In this document: piece after piece, positions 12,301 through 24,660 of the stretch
Numbering within the stretch: the stretch's first letter is position 1
Layout of the letters: each line of letters starts with the position of its first letter
Assembly (NCBI GenBank): GCA_047495785.1
Contig: JBLDXI010000002.1
Span: 2,852,001-2,916,000 of the forward strand
Direction of reading: 5' to 3'
Length of the DNA stretch: 64,000 bases
Source of the DNA: Lepidodermella squamata
Taxonomy: Eukaryota; Animalia; Gastrotricha
The notes under the pieces: generated by a model
Seen by the model: only the letters and a program-made list of their open reading frames with translations
Database searches by the model: none
Told to the model about the DNA's origin: nothing
Position numbers and translations under genes: made by a program

Positions 12301-12571
12301 GTCTCTAGCCAAGCGTATTTTCTCACCCTGACCAAGATCGCGTGCTTCGGAGATCGCGTGGAGTGATTGTTATTATGAATAATAATGGCGGGAGTTAGTC
12401 CTATTTAAACTGCTGTCAATAAGGAATAAAGTGTTCAGTCTCGGTTAATTCAGTCTTTTAATCTCAACTTATTATTTTTTTGGCATATTCTCAGTTTAAT
12501 AGCTCATAGCGAACCAGGTCATTCCCTTTACATTAAAATATTGATTGTATTGATTATCGTTTTGAAACCTA

Positions 12572-12705
12572 TGACGGGAAACTCCCCGTTGTCGTGGAGC
12601 GAGTTTCGTCCATCCGTCCGTACGAACGTCAAGGAGGTAATGCGCGTAAAATAACGTCAAGGAGGATAAGAGAGGACGCATAAAATACGGGGAGTTTCTC
12701 CGTCA
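12572..12705. mobile_element. Tiny MITE
   Basis: TIR TGACGG(G/A)AAACTCCCCG; internal CGTCAAGGAGG twice. Confidence 0.7.
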
Positions 12706-12779
12706 CTTTCAAGTGTCGTCAGGCCGTCAGTTTGTAATTGCCGATGAAATAAACGCGTGGGGCTATTTCATGAGTAGCT

Positions 12780-13690
12780 ACGTCTCGTGATTTCCTATGT
12801 TTTCTTCGGTCTCCCTCTATCTCGAATCTCCCTGGAAGTCGAAAAGGGGTCGAGTCGCGCCGTGAGCCTTCGAGCTTGGAGATAACAGGTTTTACTGTAC
12901 GCCGATCGACGAGCGATCAAACATTCCGATTCTCGCAGGTCACAGCGATGGCACGGCGTCGTCGAACGAAGATGGTGATGATCGCGGCACTGCTGCACTT
13001 CGAAGGAGCCTTCAACGCGGTGGTCACAACTCCCTGCGCGCGTGTGCGTCGCAGTACCAAGGCTTATGGTGCGCCGGGTCTCATCCTTCCTGACTGGCCG
13101 AAAGGTGCGTAGTTGTTTCAGTCAGACGGCAGATATCGGCTCAGGGCTCCCTCAAGGGCAAGGGGCAAGGGTCCTCATTAAAGCTCAATACTCTTTGCCT
13201 TTTTACAGCGGACCTAATGCCGGATAACAACAGGGACGAGCGCAAGGCCTTCATCGCCTAATTTGCTGACGACGTGCTAGTTTGCTGTGGCTTGCTCGAT
13301 TCACGGGTATGGCGAAGCAGCGGGTGCAGACGGCACTGATTCGGGTTTCTTGGTGGAGCCGACTCTGGAAGTTGCCGCTTGGCCAGCCGAAGCGCCAAAT
13401 GCCGCGGTTTGGAGGACAAGTCAACGACGACGACCGGCTGTCCGTTGGAAACGAGAAGCTGCCGAAGGTTGCAACGGCGAAGTACCTTGGCGTGGCGCTT
13501 GACGCAGAAGCTGCTGTACTTGACGATGGTGAGGCCGGTTCTGGAGTACTGTTGCGTGACCTGGTTGGGCGCGTCGTATGCGCAGAAAAAGCGCTTCATC
13601 GTTCTGCAGAACAACCGTTTGCGGGTGATCATCGGCACGTCTATCTTGGACGTGCAGGACGAGCCAGAGCAGGAGGCTCGCCCGTAGCGG
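12780..13690 (+). mobile_element. Degenerate LINE RT (Jockey/I-group-like)
   Basis: ALLHFEGAFNAV, GLPQG, FADD (13262), KYLGVALD and LYLTMVRPVLEYC, spread across frameshifts. Confidence 0.8.
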
Positions 13691-14619
13691 GAGCAGGAGA
13701 CGGCCGCATCATCGCCTGGACAAGGCCTGTGAGCTCAGCTAAAGCGTTTTCAAGCCGGAGAAGACGGTGGCTGTAGAAACCTCTTTTTCCTCGAACAGTT
13801 CAGACAGGCGTCCCTCACAGTAAAAAATTGTTCGTGTCGCGGAAGGACAAGCACTTCAAGCCGATTATGTACAGTTTGATGAAACCTTGACGAATCCATT
13901 GTCCTTCTATACTTGAGCTTTCCAACGTGCTCTACAAACGGATTAAATAAATAAGCCAGCCCTGAGCCCTGCCTGCGTGACGAGACGTGCCAGGACGCCG
14001 GGGCTTTAACCAAAATCTCTGCGTCACGTGTCGGACTAGTCATGAGCTGATCGCATTGATTTGATGCACGAGTTCGGCGAAAAATAACGTTTTTTGCTCA
14101 TTAAAAGATAACCTGAGGATCTGGCTGGCCACGACAGTGAACACGGAAGGCGGAGTCACGGTTAGCCTCAGAGTCAAACCCATCGCGGTCGAAAAGGCGT
14201 TGAGAATCGGCAGAAGTCTTGCCGCCATTATCAGTGAGTAAAGTTTTCGGAATGAAGCCGAGCGACAGCCTAATTGAGTTGGGGTTCCGGTCGGGTAAGA
14301 ACCGGTTGAGATTCCGACGGACATTGTCGATCATGACGGTACGGTATGTACCAGTGTTGGTTGCAGTCTTTCGCTGTGTTTTTGCACCCGCAGGAGAAAT
14401 TCTTCAGGTCGGTGGATGGGGACACGGGGGACATTGGCTTGCTGGGTTTGGTGATGGCGACGTAAGCAGAGTCACCGAAACTCAAAACCGAAACATTTTT
14501 CAAAAATACATGCGGCAAAACAATACTTAATCTTGTATCACTAACTTACAAAATTTATTTATACAATTTTTTGTTGCAGAAATTTTACAATATTAAAATT
14601 TGCTGCTGATAGCTTTGAC

Positions 14620-17600
14620 ATGGCGTTTTCTGAACTTGCGCGCGCTGCTTCTTCATATGTTCAAAATGGTACCTCAACTCAACCTAAGAGACAGCCCTGG
14701 CTCCCCAGCCCTCCGGTGAATTGCCACAAAGACCTCGTCCATCTGGGGGAGCTGGACAGCAACAGAATCTGGTGGCGAGAACTAGTCGAAAGAATTTGTG
14801 CCTCTACTGTGCAAGCGGCAAAACCGTGAACGGGATGGAAAGCCGTCATCATCATCATCACCTCCACTCAAGGGGAAGCTAGATGTTGGGACCTAGGCTG
14901 TTCACTTGGACCAGTGTGAAGCTATTCTATCGACTGCTACTTACTTCTGCTATGTGGCAGAACGCAGAACTAGTTATACGTCATTCGTGTCTCGGCATCG
15001 TTTCTTTCATTTGAAGCAATTGAGGCAAAACGTTGACGACGGACTCATTACTCCGGCACGACAATAGCTAATTGGATTTAAAGCCAATTAAGCGATTACG
15101 CGTTGACTCCTTTGTCCAGTTTATACTCCGACGGTTGACTCGAGATTTTGCGAGCTTTGACCCCACTGATTTGAAGTACACGGTGCAAAAAATTCCTTCC
15201 GCTGTCCACCTTCGGCGCCTCTTGTGCCTCCTGTGCAAATATGGGCTCTTATCAGCTTTCATCTCCATGGTTAACTTCAGACTTCGAAGTTCTGAGCTTC
15301 ATTGCATCAAATGGAGGCTTCTAGGGATTATCTACGACCCTCTTTACTCACGTTGCCTCGCAGATATTTCGCAGATCTGAAGCCCAAAGGAAATTGTCGC
15401 TGCAACCGTACTCGGCTCATCTATCTAATAGGAATTTATGTCGGCCATGTCGTTGAAGCTAGGTGCGGCAACCTTGGCCTTTGTTACATGTTACTTGTGT
15501 ACCGATCTATATTACGGAATTACCATCGACCACCACCACCACTGCTTTTTTTATATTTTATGACATCGCAACATGCGCGATTTTATCAACACTGAAGACG
15601 CGAAACCTGTTTTTCGAACAGCAGCAATGCAATACTGGAAAAGGATTGATGGATTTTTGACTGTGCGATCATTACTGGTGAATATTAGGACTTGGAAGAA
15701 ACCAGTCGCCTCTGAATTGGTGTTTTGTGTATAATGGTTGTCAACTAATTACTTATCTGAAGTTTAACGAGAAATGGCAAATGCTTAATTCTTTTGGTCC
15801 GATGACTGCGAAGTGCGTGTTCGTTGGACCTCATCCATCAAGCGTGCACTCCAGCTATGCATTGCTCACAACCTTGCACATGGACCTCCTTTTAATTGGT
15901 GTCTCGTGAGTTCCCGCATGAAACTCCTTAGTTCCACGGGATTTCTCGTCGTTGTCATCAATGACCAGTTATCACTTGAGGAAATGAAATTGGCTTTACA
16001 GTGTCTGATGTCAACAGCTGCAATGCTGAAAGAGTGTTATAGACGCTGAGCTACCGGCTGTCGATGTGAGCGGAACATGAAACCAAGCTTATCAAATAAT
16101 AATCAGCCTAATTGGAGTGCTGAAGACTCGATGGTGAATGGATACATTGATCATGTTGTTTCTCCATCTGCAACCGGGTTGGCGCTTGGAACTACAATCA
16201 CTCGATCACCGATCTATTGAATGCCCATAATACGGAATTGAATCGCCAGTCGCTAATGTCGCTACAGCTCCCAAACAATCGAAAAAGCGATGGAGCAGTG
16301 GAACATCGCCATGAAAAATGAATACCAAGTACTGCGTAATATTTTAGCCGACAGCTGCCTGGGTTTCGAGGAACACGGAGGATTTGTCCACAGTAAATGC
16401 AGGTAGCGGGTACCACGCCCTTCGTACCTAGCTAATAATGTTACTAACTGAATTTAATGCTGTATTAAACAGCCTTGTAAACTCGCAACTCAATTACTTC
16501 TGACTTCATTCTCGACTTAGGCTCTGCTGCAATAACTCGAATATATCTGTGTCCTGTCGACAAGAGATCCGGATGAAGTAGGGTGGATCAAATTGAAATG
16601 CTCTTTCAATGTCTCCATTGTAATCGGTCTACGCTGTGTTGCAACAACCCGGAGCGGATCAGAATGATCGTGATCACTCTTTTGAGCGCAACCTGAGAAT
16701 AGAAATAATGTGCGACAGATTATTTGATCGTTTTTCATCAAGTTGGAATTCAACGGCCTCCGATCAAAAGTTTCCCATCATATTCGGCACATTTTGTTGC
16801 GGCAGAGCTTCAACGACTAGTAATGGCGCGAGAGAATGTTACCTGTTTGATTTTGCTGCCTCGCAACTTTGCGAATCAACTTTTCTACGGCAAATATTAT
16901 AGTTGTTCTGTTATATGATTCTAGAATTTGAAGATGTTGAAAATGGAAATTCCGAATTCGGCATTGAAGTAATATTGGAAACTCGGTGATGTGTTTTTCT
17001 CGACCCTGGTCAGTCGCCGTAGAATGAATCTCATCCGTTCATCGGAGCAACGATCTGTGTTGACTGGTCGTCTCCTCGAAATATCAAGAAGCGCAAAACA
17101 ACGGAATGTCAGGCAGCGAATTCATCCGGAAGATTCAAGCAAAGCTGAGTCAAAATGGCTTATGCTACAAGTCACATAGCTGGAAATCAATTAGTTACTA
17201 TACCGTTCCTCTAATGCTCACAAGTTTCGACTCGAATTTTTTTGTCGGCCACAGCTCTCACTGTTCTAAAATTAGGGATATTGCCGTCGAAATTTGTGGA
17301 TCAATTATCCTTCAGCTGGCGTTTGACCGTTTCAATTGGTCGACTTCAAGCGAACTTCGCTCCTGGTAATTACGATTCTTATCTTGGGATCGGTGAAAAC
17401 ATCGCCAGACCTAAAGCAGATTCTGATTCTGGGCGATACTCGAAGGAAACTTAAATCGAGGTGATGGGGTATCATTATTTGATATCTAATCAATTGCCAC
17501 ATGTTCACGTCATTTTGGAACTCGTTGTTGGAAAGATGGACCGCGCTGATTTGCCATTGATTCTCAACTCCTTCAATAACTATTTGAAATGGCGCTCAAT

Positions 17601-17900
17601 TCGGACTGGAGCTAAGCGTCAATAATGATTTTATTCGACTGGGGACGAAGATCATCTTGAGTACTGCCACTATTCGTAAGTCTAGCAAATCAATTTTCGG
17701 GTTTTAAAGAATGTTTTTCGCTAATGCGTTTAAAAAATCCACGACGCGATCAAGATTTTGAACAAAATTTAATTTAATTTGATTTAAGAATAAAGTGCTG
17801 CTTCGTTCTTCATCCTATTGAAGGAGAATTGCAAACAGTTAAAACGGTCCTCGATGATATCGCGTACGCAGCAAAAATTCTAAAAATTTTCTAACGCGAC
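14620..17900 (+). pseudogene. Decayed long intron-poor coding region, unidentified
   Basis: Run of protein-like + strand reading segments broken by stops and frameshifts; no recognisable motif. Confidence 0.3.
14683..14859 (+). mobile_element. 5'-truncated RTE-like LINE 3' end
   Basis: NRIWWRELVE C-terminal motif; (CAT)n tail; 12-bp TSD ACCTCAACTCAA/ACCTCCACTCAA. Confidence 0.8.
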
Positions 17901-18179
17901 CACGGGAGGAATGTCTTGTTTTATTGCTCGAAAAAGTTCAACAATCACCCAGCTTAGCACGTAGCGCGTAGGCTAAATGCGGGCGGCAACAGATCGAGTT
18001 AGGAAGCAGATCCAGTGTAATCCGACAACAATTGAAAATTATTATCTAAAAACGTCAAAACAGCCTCTCATAAGCGACACCCGTCGCCTAAACCATAAAG
18101 CAACCGCAGCACACGGGCCACCGATAAAATCTGCTTCTTCGTAATTTGCTGAGACCAGGCATTATTAGAGTATTGAAGA

Positions 18180-19786
18180 GGAACTCCAGAAAATGGCCGT
18201 TGAACGTGAGCCGGTTGATGGTTGAATTTTGACTGAATCTACAAGGATTGTGCCCTGTGGCAGTCGTAAGTCTCGTCGAGGCGTTGACTTCGCAAGCTAG
18301 TAGCTCAACTGCAAGCCACTCGCCTCTAGAGCTGGCGTAAACTTCACTTCGGCAAAATCTAATATTGGCTTTTGCTGACTAATAAAGATTGCGACGCCGC
18401 CACAATTTGGCCCGTACGCACCTAATCTATCAACTCGGAAAGCATTGATGCCCTGGCAATTCCACTGCACTACTGTGATTCTACTCTTTTTGAACTTACT
18501 AAGACTAGGCATTACTGGAGTATTGGTGGGGCACTCCAGTAAATTGTCGCTGTGCTAAGGAAGGCTGATGGCTAAACTGCGATTGAATAATCATCGGTTT
18601 GCCTAGTTGACCAACGTCCCATTGAAAGGGTGGTGAAGTTGGATTTTCGATGCTACCTACAGTGTGACGGTGACACGACGGCCATGTTTGACAAAGCCAT
18701 CATGGCTGGCCGATCAATGACTTGCTGTGGAAAAGCTTAGGCCCGCATATGGCCTGCGGTCTTGGCCCGGCTGAAGGCGTCCATTATCCTAGCGAGCAGT
18801 CGATCCTCCATCTCTTGGATTGGAAACGGCTGCGCTGGTGCACCCTGACTCAGCAGTCTCTCCAGTGCGGCTGTTAGACGTTCGACACCTGTTACACATT
18901 TCTACCTCAGGGTCCGAGCGCCACACTCTTGCGGCTATCCGAAAGCCGAGGAAATCACGCCCTCTAGCCACGAGCTCTTCGCATATTCGCACCGACTTGC
19001 ACCCCGAAGCACGTCGTAGTGCCTTTGATGGGCCAGACCTGGTCTACGACGTCTTCCCAGCCGTCGAGGATGTCGTCGACAGAGGCTCCGTCAAAGAAGT
19101 GGATACACACAAGCTTTACGCTTGTCTTCGTCGAGATGTCTTGCTCGCGCTTTCATGCGTGCCGCTAGGTCGCCGCTTGGAACTTGCGCCTCTACTACTG
19201 CCTTGGCACCTGGTGCCTCATCTACCTCAACCTTGGAAGGTCTATGTGGTCGGGCTTTACCACCAAAGGCATCGTCATGCCAGTTAGCCTTGCTTAGAAC
19301 GGCATTCACGCTTGCGAGGTCGTTACAGAGCATTCCAAAAGCACCTCGGGGATATACCCAGACGCGAACATGTTTCACGTCCGGGGCCACGCGATTCAGC
19401 TCTCTCAGGCACATGTAGATCGTGCTGAACATCGGCGATATACCGTCGACTATTACGATGCGGAACTTGGACTTGGACGTGTCGTTGACAGTTTGCCACT
19501 CCATTTCCCCATCTTCGTCATCGTCGCCGTCGGTATCGGGGTCGCTGTCACTGAGATCGCCAAGTGGGTCGACGACCGGGGTCACAGACGAGATCATGGT
19601 TTAAATCAGGAGCCACGCGAAAGAACAAAATTTGACAGATATTCAACTCAGAGAAAACGTACACTGCTGTTAAAATTGAAGCAAAGCCAATCCAGAGTCA
19701 AATCGGAACAAACTGAAAAGGAGAAAATTGTTCATGAAATACAATTCCGCGCTGCAGAGTGCACTATAGACAGGTACCGATACTGA
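18180..19786 (-). mobile_element. 5' part of a Jockey/I-group LINE (ORF1 and start of the endonuclease)
   Basis: TCAGT initiator-like 5' end at 19786; gag-like ORF remnants; ITVVQWNCQGI...FRVDR...GGVAIFI. Confidence 0.75.
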
Positions 19787-21749
19787 GTGGTGGCGGCGGT
19801 GGAGCTTGTGAGCTTCACCCTCCTGTAGTCCTGCTTAGTCAGAGATTTTTCGTTAATCAAGCGACGATTAACGACGTTGTATCACGGCCATCTCGAGCGG
19901 GCTTATTATCGCTTGAATCTTCACATGATTGATGGTCGTCAGGGTTAAATACGGGCGATGGTGGGGGCATTGTTGGCCATTCATCTCGATCAGAATTTGA
20001 TTAAGACTAATTTTTAAATAAATTTTGAAGATGGGCATTCAAAGATGAAGATATATCATACATCCTCCTATCAAAGTATTGCGTGCCGTTATAATCACGT
20101 GCTCAGCAATGGAAAAATTCTAGTTCAGGAGGAAAATAAGTATCATTTTTATCTCATTTTGAGTTTTATGAGCTGCTCGAGTTGAGTTTCAAAAGCAGAA
20201 CGTCCAGAGGATAATGGAGTTGGAGAAAGGTCAACTCAGACGAAGCAGCCGAATCGTAGCTGAAAGCGGCGTAATGAATTGCTAGGACCGCGTACTTGCA
20301 AAGTATTTACAATTTTTCATTCGCTATTAGCCAGAATTTCTAAAACTACTGCTGATTGAAAAACGAGGAAAAATTCAAAAATGTATCGAATAGCTTTTTC
20401 CAACTTTAAACTCAGTTATTTCTATTAATTGAAACGAGCCATGGTACTAATTTTTATTTTTTTAATTTAGAATCGAACCACCAGTCTACTTCTCGAGTCG
20501 TTTCTTTTCCGTATGTTGCTGTCTGTTCAAGCTACTGCGAAGTAAGCGAAATTTGTTGGTTTATAAGATCTCATTCATCAATATTTGACTATTTTAGGTG
20601 GACAGCTTGGTCTCAGCTCAAAAGAAAATGATATTCCAGAAAATTTGATGCGAATTTGAGCCCGGCGAATTTGGGTGTCAAAGCGATCTCCAGTTTCGGC
20701 CGGTATCAAGTTGCAATGCAGCGGCTGTTGATGCGAAGGCGCCTGCTTCTGGTGATCACACAGTCATCAGCGAGTCTGTGAGTTCGATCCGCCAATCTAC
20801 CTCTGCAGGAATTGGTAAGCTATAACCCTCGACTTTTTACTTTGTTTACCGTGATGATTTCTCGTTAGGACCGACCTGACTCGCTCAACCCGGTCTGCCA
20901 CCTCGAAGTTAAACGAACCCGGTATGCAAATCTTGCCTCCGCTCAGCCACATTTTCACTGTTCTTATTGTTTGCAAGTTCACCCTTTTTGTATAATACAA
21001 AATTAACCGGACTAGAGGCCTCGCCGCCTCGCGAAAGCAATCCTTCTTCCGACATCAAGCGGTTCCTCGCGCTGACGTTGGCGCCACCCTCGAATGGGTT
21101 ATTGCTCACGAAGATATTGGATGGGTTATTGCTTGGCCGGGAGATGTCTTTCTAAAATCTGATCGGCGTTTGGTGGCGCAGAGGCTCCGCGGACCCTGCC
21201 CGCAAAAACGGCCCCGGCCGAGACCTGCTCTGTCTCTTGCCGCAGTGGAATTGGTCAAGCTAATAGGGCAAAAGGGTCACGTCGACGCTTATCCAGTTTC
21301 GCCCTGTCAATCATCATGGTTTTATCGACACCGGGGCAAATTTTCGGTTATCTCACTCGAGCTTTGGGCTAGCCGTTGAGCCGCTCTTGTCAGGTGTCTC
21401 AATGCTCAATACCGCCTTGTCGACGTCGGCTCCACTTCGGGCACTGTGTTCGTACCATTAACTTACCCTGGGGTCGAGCTCATACCTTGGGCTTTCGTTC
21501 AATACTGGCTGTCAACTGCGAGAAAGAAGAGAAAGGCAGTGTTTGCTATTCACGAATCGAGCGGAGCATGATATCGCCGGTTGATCGTTTTCCTTCTCGC
21601 CGCCAATTCCTTCAAGTCTGACGGCGTCAGCAGGGCGAGTACACGGTAAGCCGATCTGTTTAATTCCTTTGAACTTTCCTCTAAACATTTGCTTTGTACA
21701 GAGCCTTACCTTTGCATAATAAAAGGACGAATACGGGACGTGAGTCTCT

Positions 21750-23560
21750 TCATTGTTGACCCAATCATCCCCGTTACACTGGTGCATCGGCCGGGAAATT
21801 TCAATTGGCAGAACAACTCGCAGCGGCAAGGGCGTTCCGTCGCCGTGGTCGCAGAGGATCCCGAGGCAGCGCTCGCGGGGTCGTGGTGGCCTCCGAGGGC
21901 CAGGTGCTGCGCTACCATCGCCTCTTAGATCTTCAGGAACGAAAGACGAGGCCCTAGACCGCGAGCTTCTGGGGCGGGTGCTCGCCATTGACACGTTGGA
22001 TCGGCAATATCGCGACCTTTCGCCTCAACGGCCACGATCCAGTTCGCTGAAATCCGGATTTTCAACCCGACATGACTCAGCCTACGACTCAGCTTCGAAC
22101 GCAACCATCCCGTCGTCTCGGGTCCACTTCGCCCCGTCGAGCATTTCGTCGGCCTTAGCGGCGCCGATCAAGCTGAAGGACCTGCTCGAGAAGCAGGGGG
22201 TGAACGAGCCGTTACTCACTTTCGCACCTCGATGCCGGAGACCCTGAAGGATCTTGACCCGGAATCGACCCCGGTGGTAATCAAACAGATTCATGGGCTG
22301 CTGAATGAGAAGTGCACGGCTGCATGTAGTAGCGTTCTCGCCGCATCTCGAGTGCCTTTAACCATCGACCAGTTTTTCAAGGAGCTTCAACGGCGCGATT
22401 TTTCCCGTCTACAGCCCTCGGGGAACGGCCGAAACGGGGCACCGAAAAATCGGTTGTTATCTTCGACGACACGTGCGGGCGCCACATGAAGCAAACTCAC
22501 CCGAAACTCCCTGAGGAAGCCGTCGACGAGTTGGCCGCCCAGCTTTTCATCGATGGGCTTCGCACCGGCGAATCCCGGAACCGAACTCTTCAACGGTTCG
22601 AGGAGTTTAAGGCGGACTTTGGTTACCCGCCGCAGCTACCGGTACTGGTCAACTGGGCCGCAGCCGTTGAACGAGCCGAGTTGCGTCTCAAACGCGCCGA
22701 CGATACGAAGACATAGTCGAAGCCGACCATCAACATCGCGCCGGTAGAAGTGGCGCCCAGCGAGAATGTAATGAGGCCGCTTCGGCACAGGGGCGCAAAC
22801 CAGCCTAAGCAGCGCCAGTCGCAACAAAGACGGCCGCCACACGCTCAACAACAGTTTGCCGGATCGTTTCAGCCCTACCAGCCGGGTTCCTCACAACCGC
22901 CGCCTCCAATCTACGGGCAAAGCCAAGCCGCGCACGCCCAGCATCCGGCGATACAGGCGTTACAGCAGCCGCCCAATTTCGCCCATCAACCTGGCATGGC
23001 CGAGGGCTACAACATGCATGCGTTCCAGGAACGACCGCCCTCGTTACGGCCCATCGTTACGCCGGAACTCTGCACCTTTCTCGGTCTATCCATACAGCCG
23101 CTGGTACACAAAGTCGTTAAGCGCACTGCCGATGGGCGTCTTGTCGATCCTCGGCACTGCCTCGCTGCCACTCGCCGTTTCCTCGGGCCGAATTCCAGTT
23201 TCGCCGCGTCTTCGTACTGTCCAATTCTAGCCACCACCTTATCTTGGGTCTGGACTGGCTTCTCCGGCACCAGGCGATCATTGACCACGTCGCCTCATGT
23301 ATGTGGGCTAAACCTGTGAGTTGCCCATCACCCTTACGCCGCCCGCCGGTCCTCGCTTGTCCTCCGTCTGCGTCGAAAACCTGTCCGGCCTCGATACCGG
23401 AGTACTCTCCAACGGACACATGACTGTCGCTCGAATCAGCACCAGCGCGCCGACTTCGACGGCTACCCCGGCGTGCTTGTCAATGCTGAGTGCTACCTGG
23501 GCGCCTTTCGAGCCCGACTCTTCGCCTCGCTTGTCCTCGCCGACCGGCCGCGTCACGCCT
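21750..23560 (+). mobile_element. Ty3/gypsy gag-protease remnant
   Basis: Gag-like QLFIDGL and Q/P-rich region; protease-like KRTADG...LILGLDWL across frameshifts. Confidence 0.65.
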
Positions 23561-23659
23561 TTAGACCTGGGCTTCGTCCGCTTTGGCGCGGTCAAGGTTC
23601 GACGAGGCATGCTGCCATTCCAGTGGGCGCGTCGATTGGTCCTGTTTGCGGGCCGGCGA

Positions 23660-24240
23660 GCAGCTTGATAGCCGTGCGGGCCGGTCAGCCGTACATCAGC
23701 TCGTGCGGCGAGACGCCGGCCGTCTCATGAACTGCCGTCTTGTCGGCTCAGAGGGCACACAACACCTGGCGATGATATCAGCGAGGCGCGGCTATACCGA
23801 CTGGTTCGGAGCATCCCTATGCCGAGGCTGTCGCAGCTTCGAAAGGCGTCATACAGGGTTAGCAGCTCGGCTAGTAGTCGATCGGCTCCGCCAGATCCAT
23901 GCAAACCAGCGCGAACAGGTTCATCTGCGTGTCTGATCGGTACCAAGGGCACGGTCGTCGACTGATTCGCCGTCTTGCGGACCTTGCAGATATCACAATC
24001 TCGGCAATACCGCCGCACCGCGCTGTAGCAGCCCGGGAACCAGCAATAGTCTCGTATCCTCTCCAGCGCCTTGAACCGGCCGAGTTGACCAGACCAGGCG
24101 CGGCATGAACGAGGTGGATCACCTGCGGCACGTGGACCGCCGGAAGAATGAGACAAAGCCGAGGGAAGAGCCGGTCATCCACCGACATGTAAAACACGCC
24201 GGCTTGGTCCTTGAAGTTGGGATGAGACGCTTTCTTGGTC
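23660..24240 (-). mobile_element. Ty3/gypsy integrase remnant, inverted relative to gag
   Basis: GQLGRFKALERIRDYCWFPG...CRDCDIC, FALVCMDL, TAVHETAGVSPHELMYG. Confidence 0.85.
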
Positions 24241-24499
24241 AAATCTAAGCCTTGAAAACTTTCCTGGGTGCCTCAGACTAGGAACTCACTCCTAGATCAA
24301 AGTTCAACAACTGGATTCAAGCCCAAACCGCATGAAAATATTGTAGAATGAGGCACAACGGTGCACCAGTTGAAAATAGACGATAGCCGTGGCTGCTCGA
24401 GCAGGATGCCCGTCGATTGATCGCTGAAAAAGAGAGAAATGTTTTTTTGAGCGTCCAGTGCCACTTCCGACGGGGCCGTGGAGGCCTGGGACGAGTTCG

Positions 24500-24660
24500 A
24501 CGCCGGAAACGAGACCAGCTTACGCCGGTTCATCCACGGAAGTGTCGTAGCGGAATCCTCGACCGCTACCAACTGGTAGTCGTTGTTGGCCTCATTGAAG
24601 TTGGCGACTACGAACGGTCCTCGGTGTCGTGACGCCAACTTTCATTTGCGCTCGTGCTCT
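24500..24660 (-). mobile_element. Isolated GPY/F integrase-tail fragment
   Basis: LASRHRGPFVV...NDYQL. Confidence 0.55.

Noticed and set aside
14589-14610. AATATTAAAATTTGCTG as a decayed SL-A relic before an ATG
   Set aside because: Short AT-rich partial match, compatible with chance.
15359-15369. CGCAGATATTT, matching the shared SL 5' 11-mer
   Set aside because: No extension into the rest of either leader.
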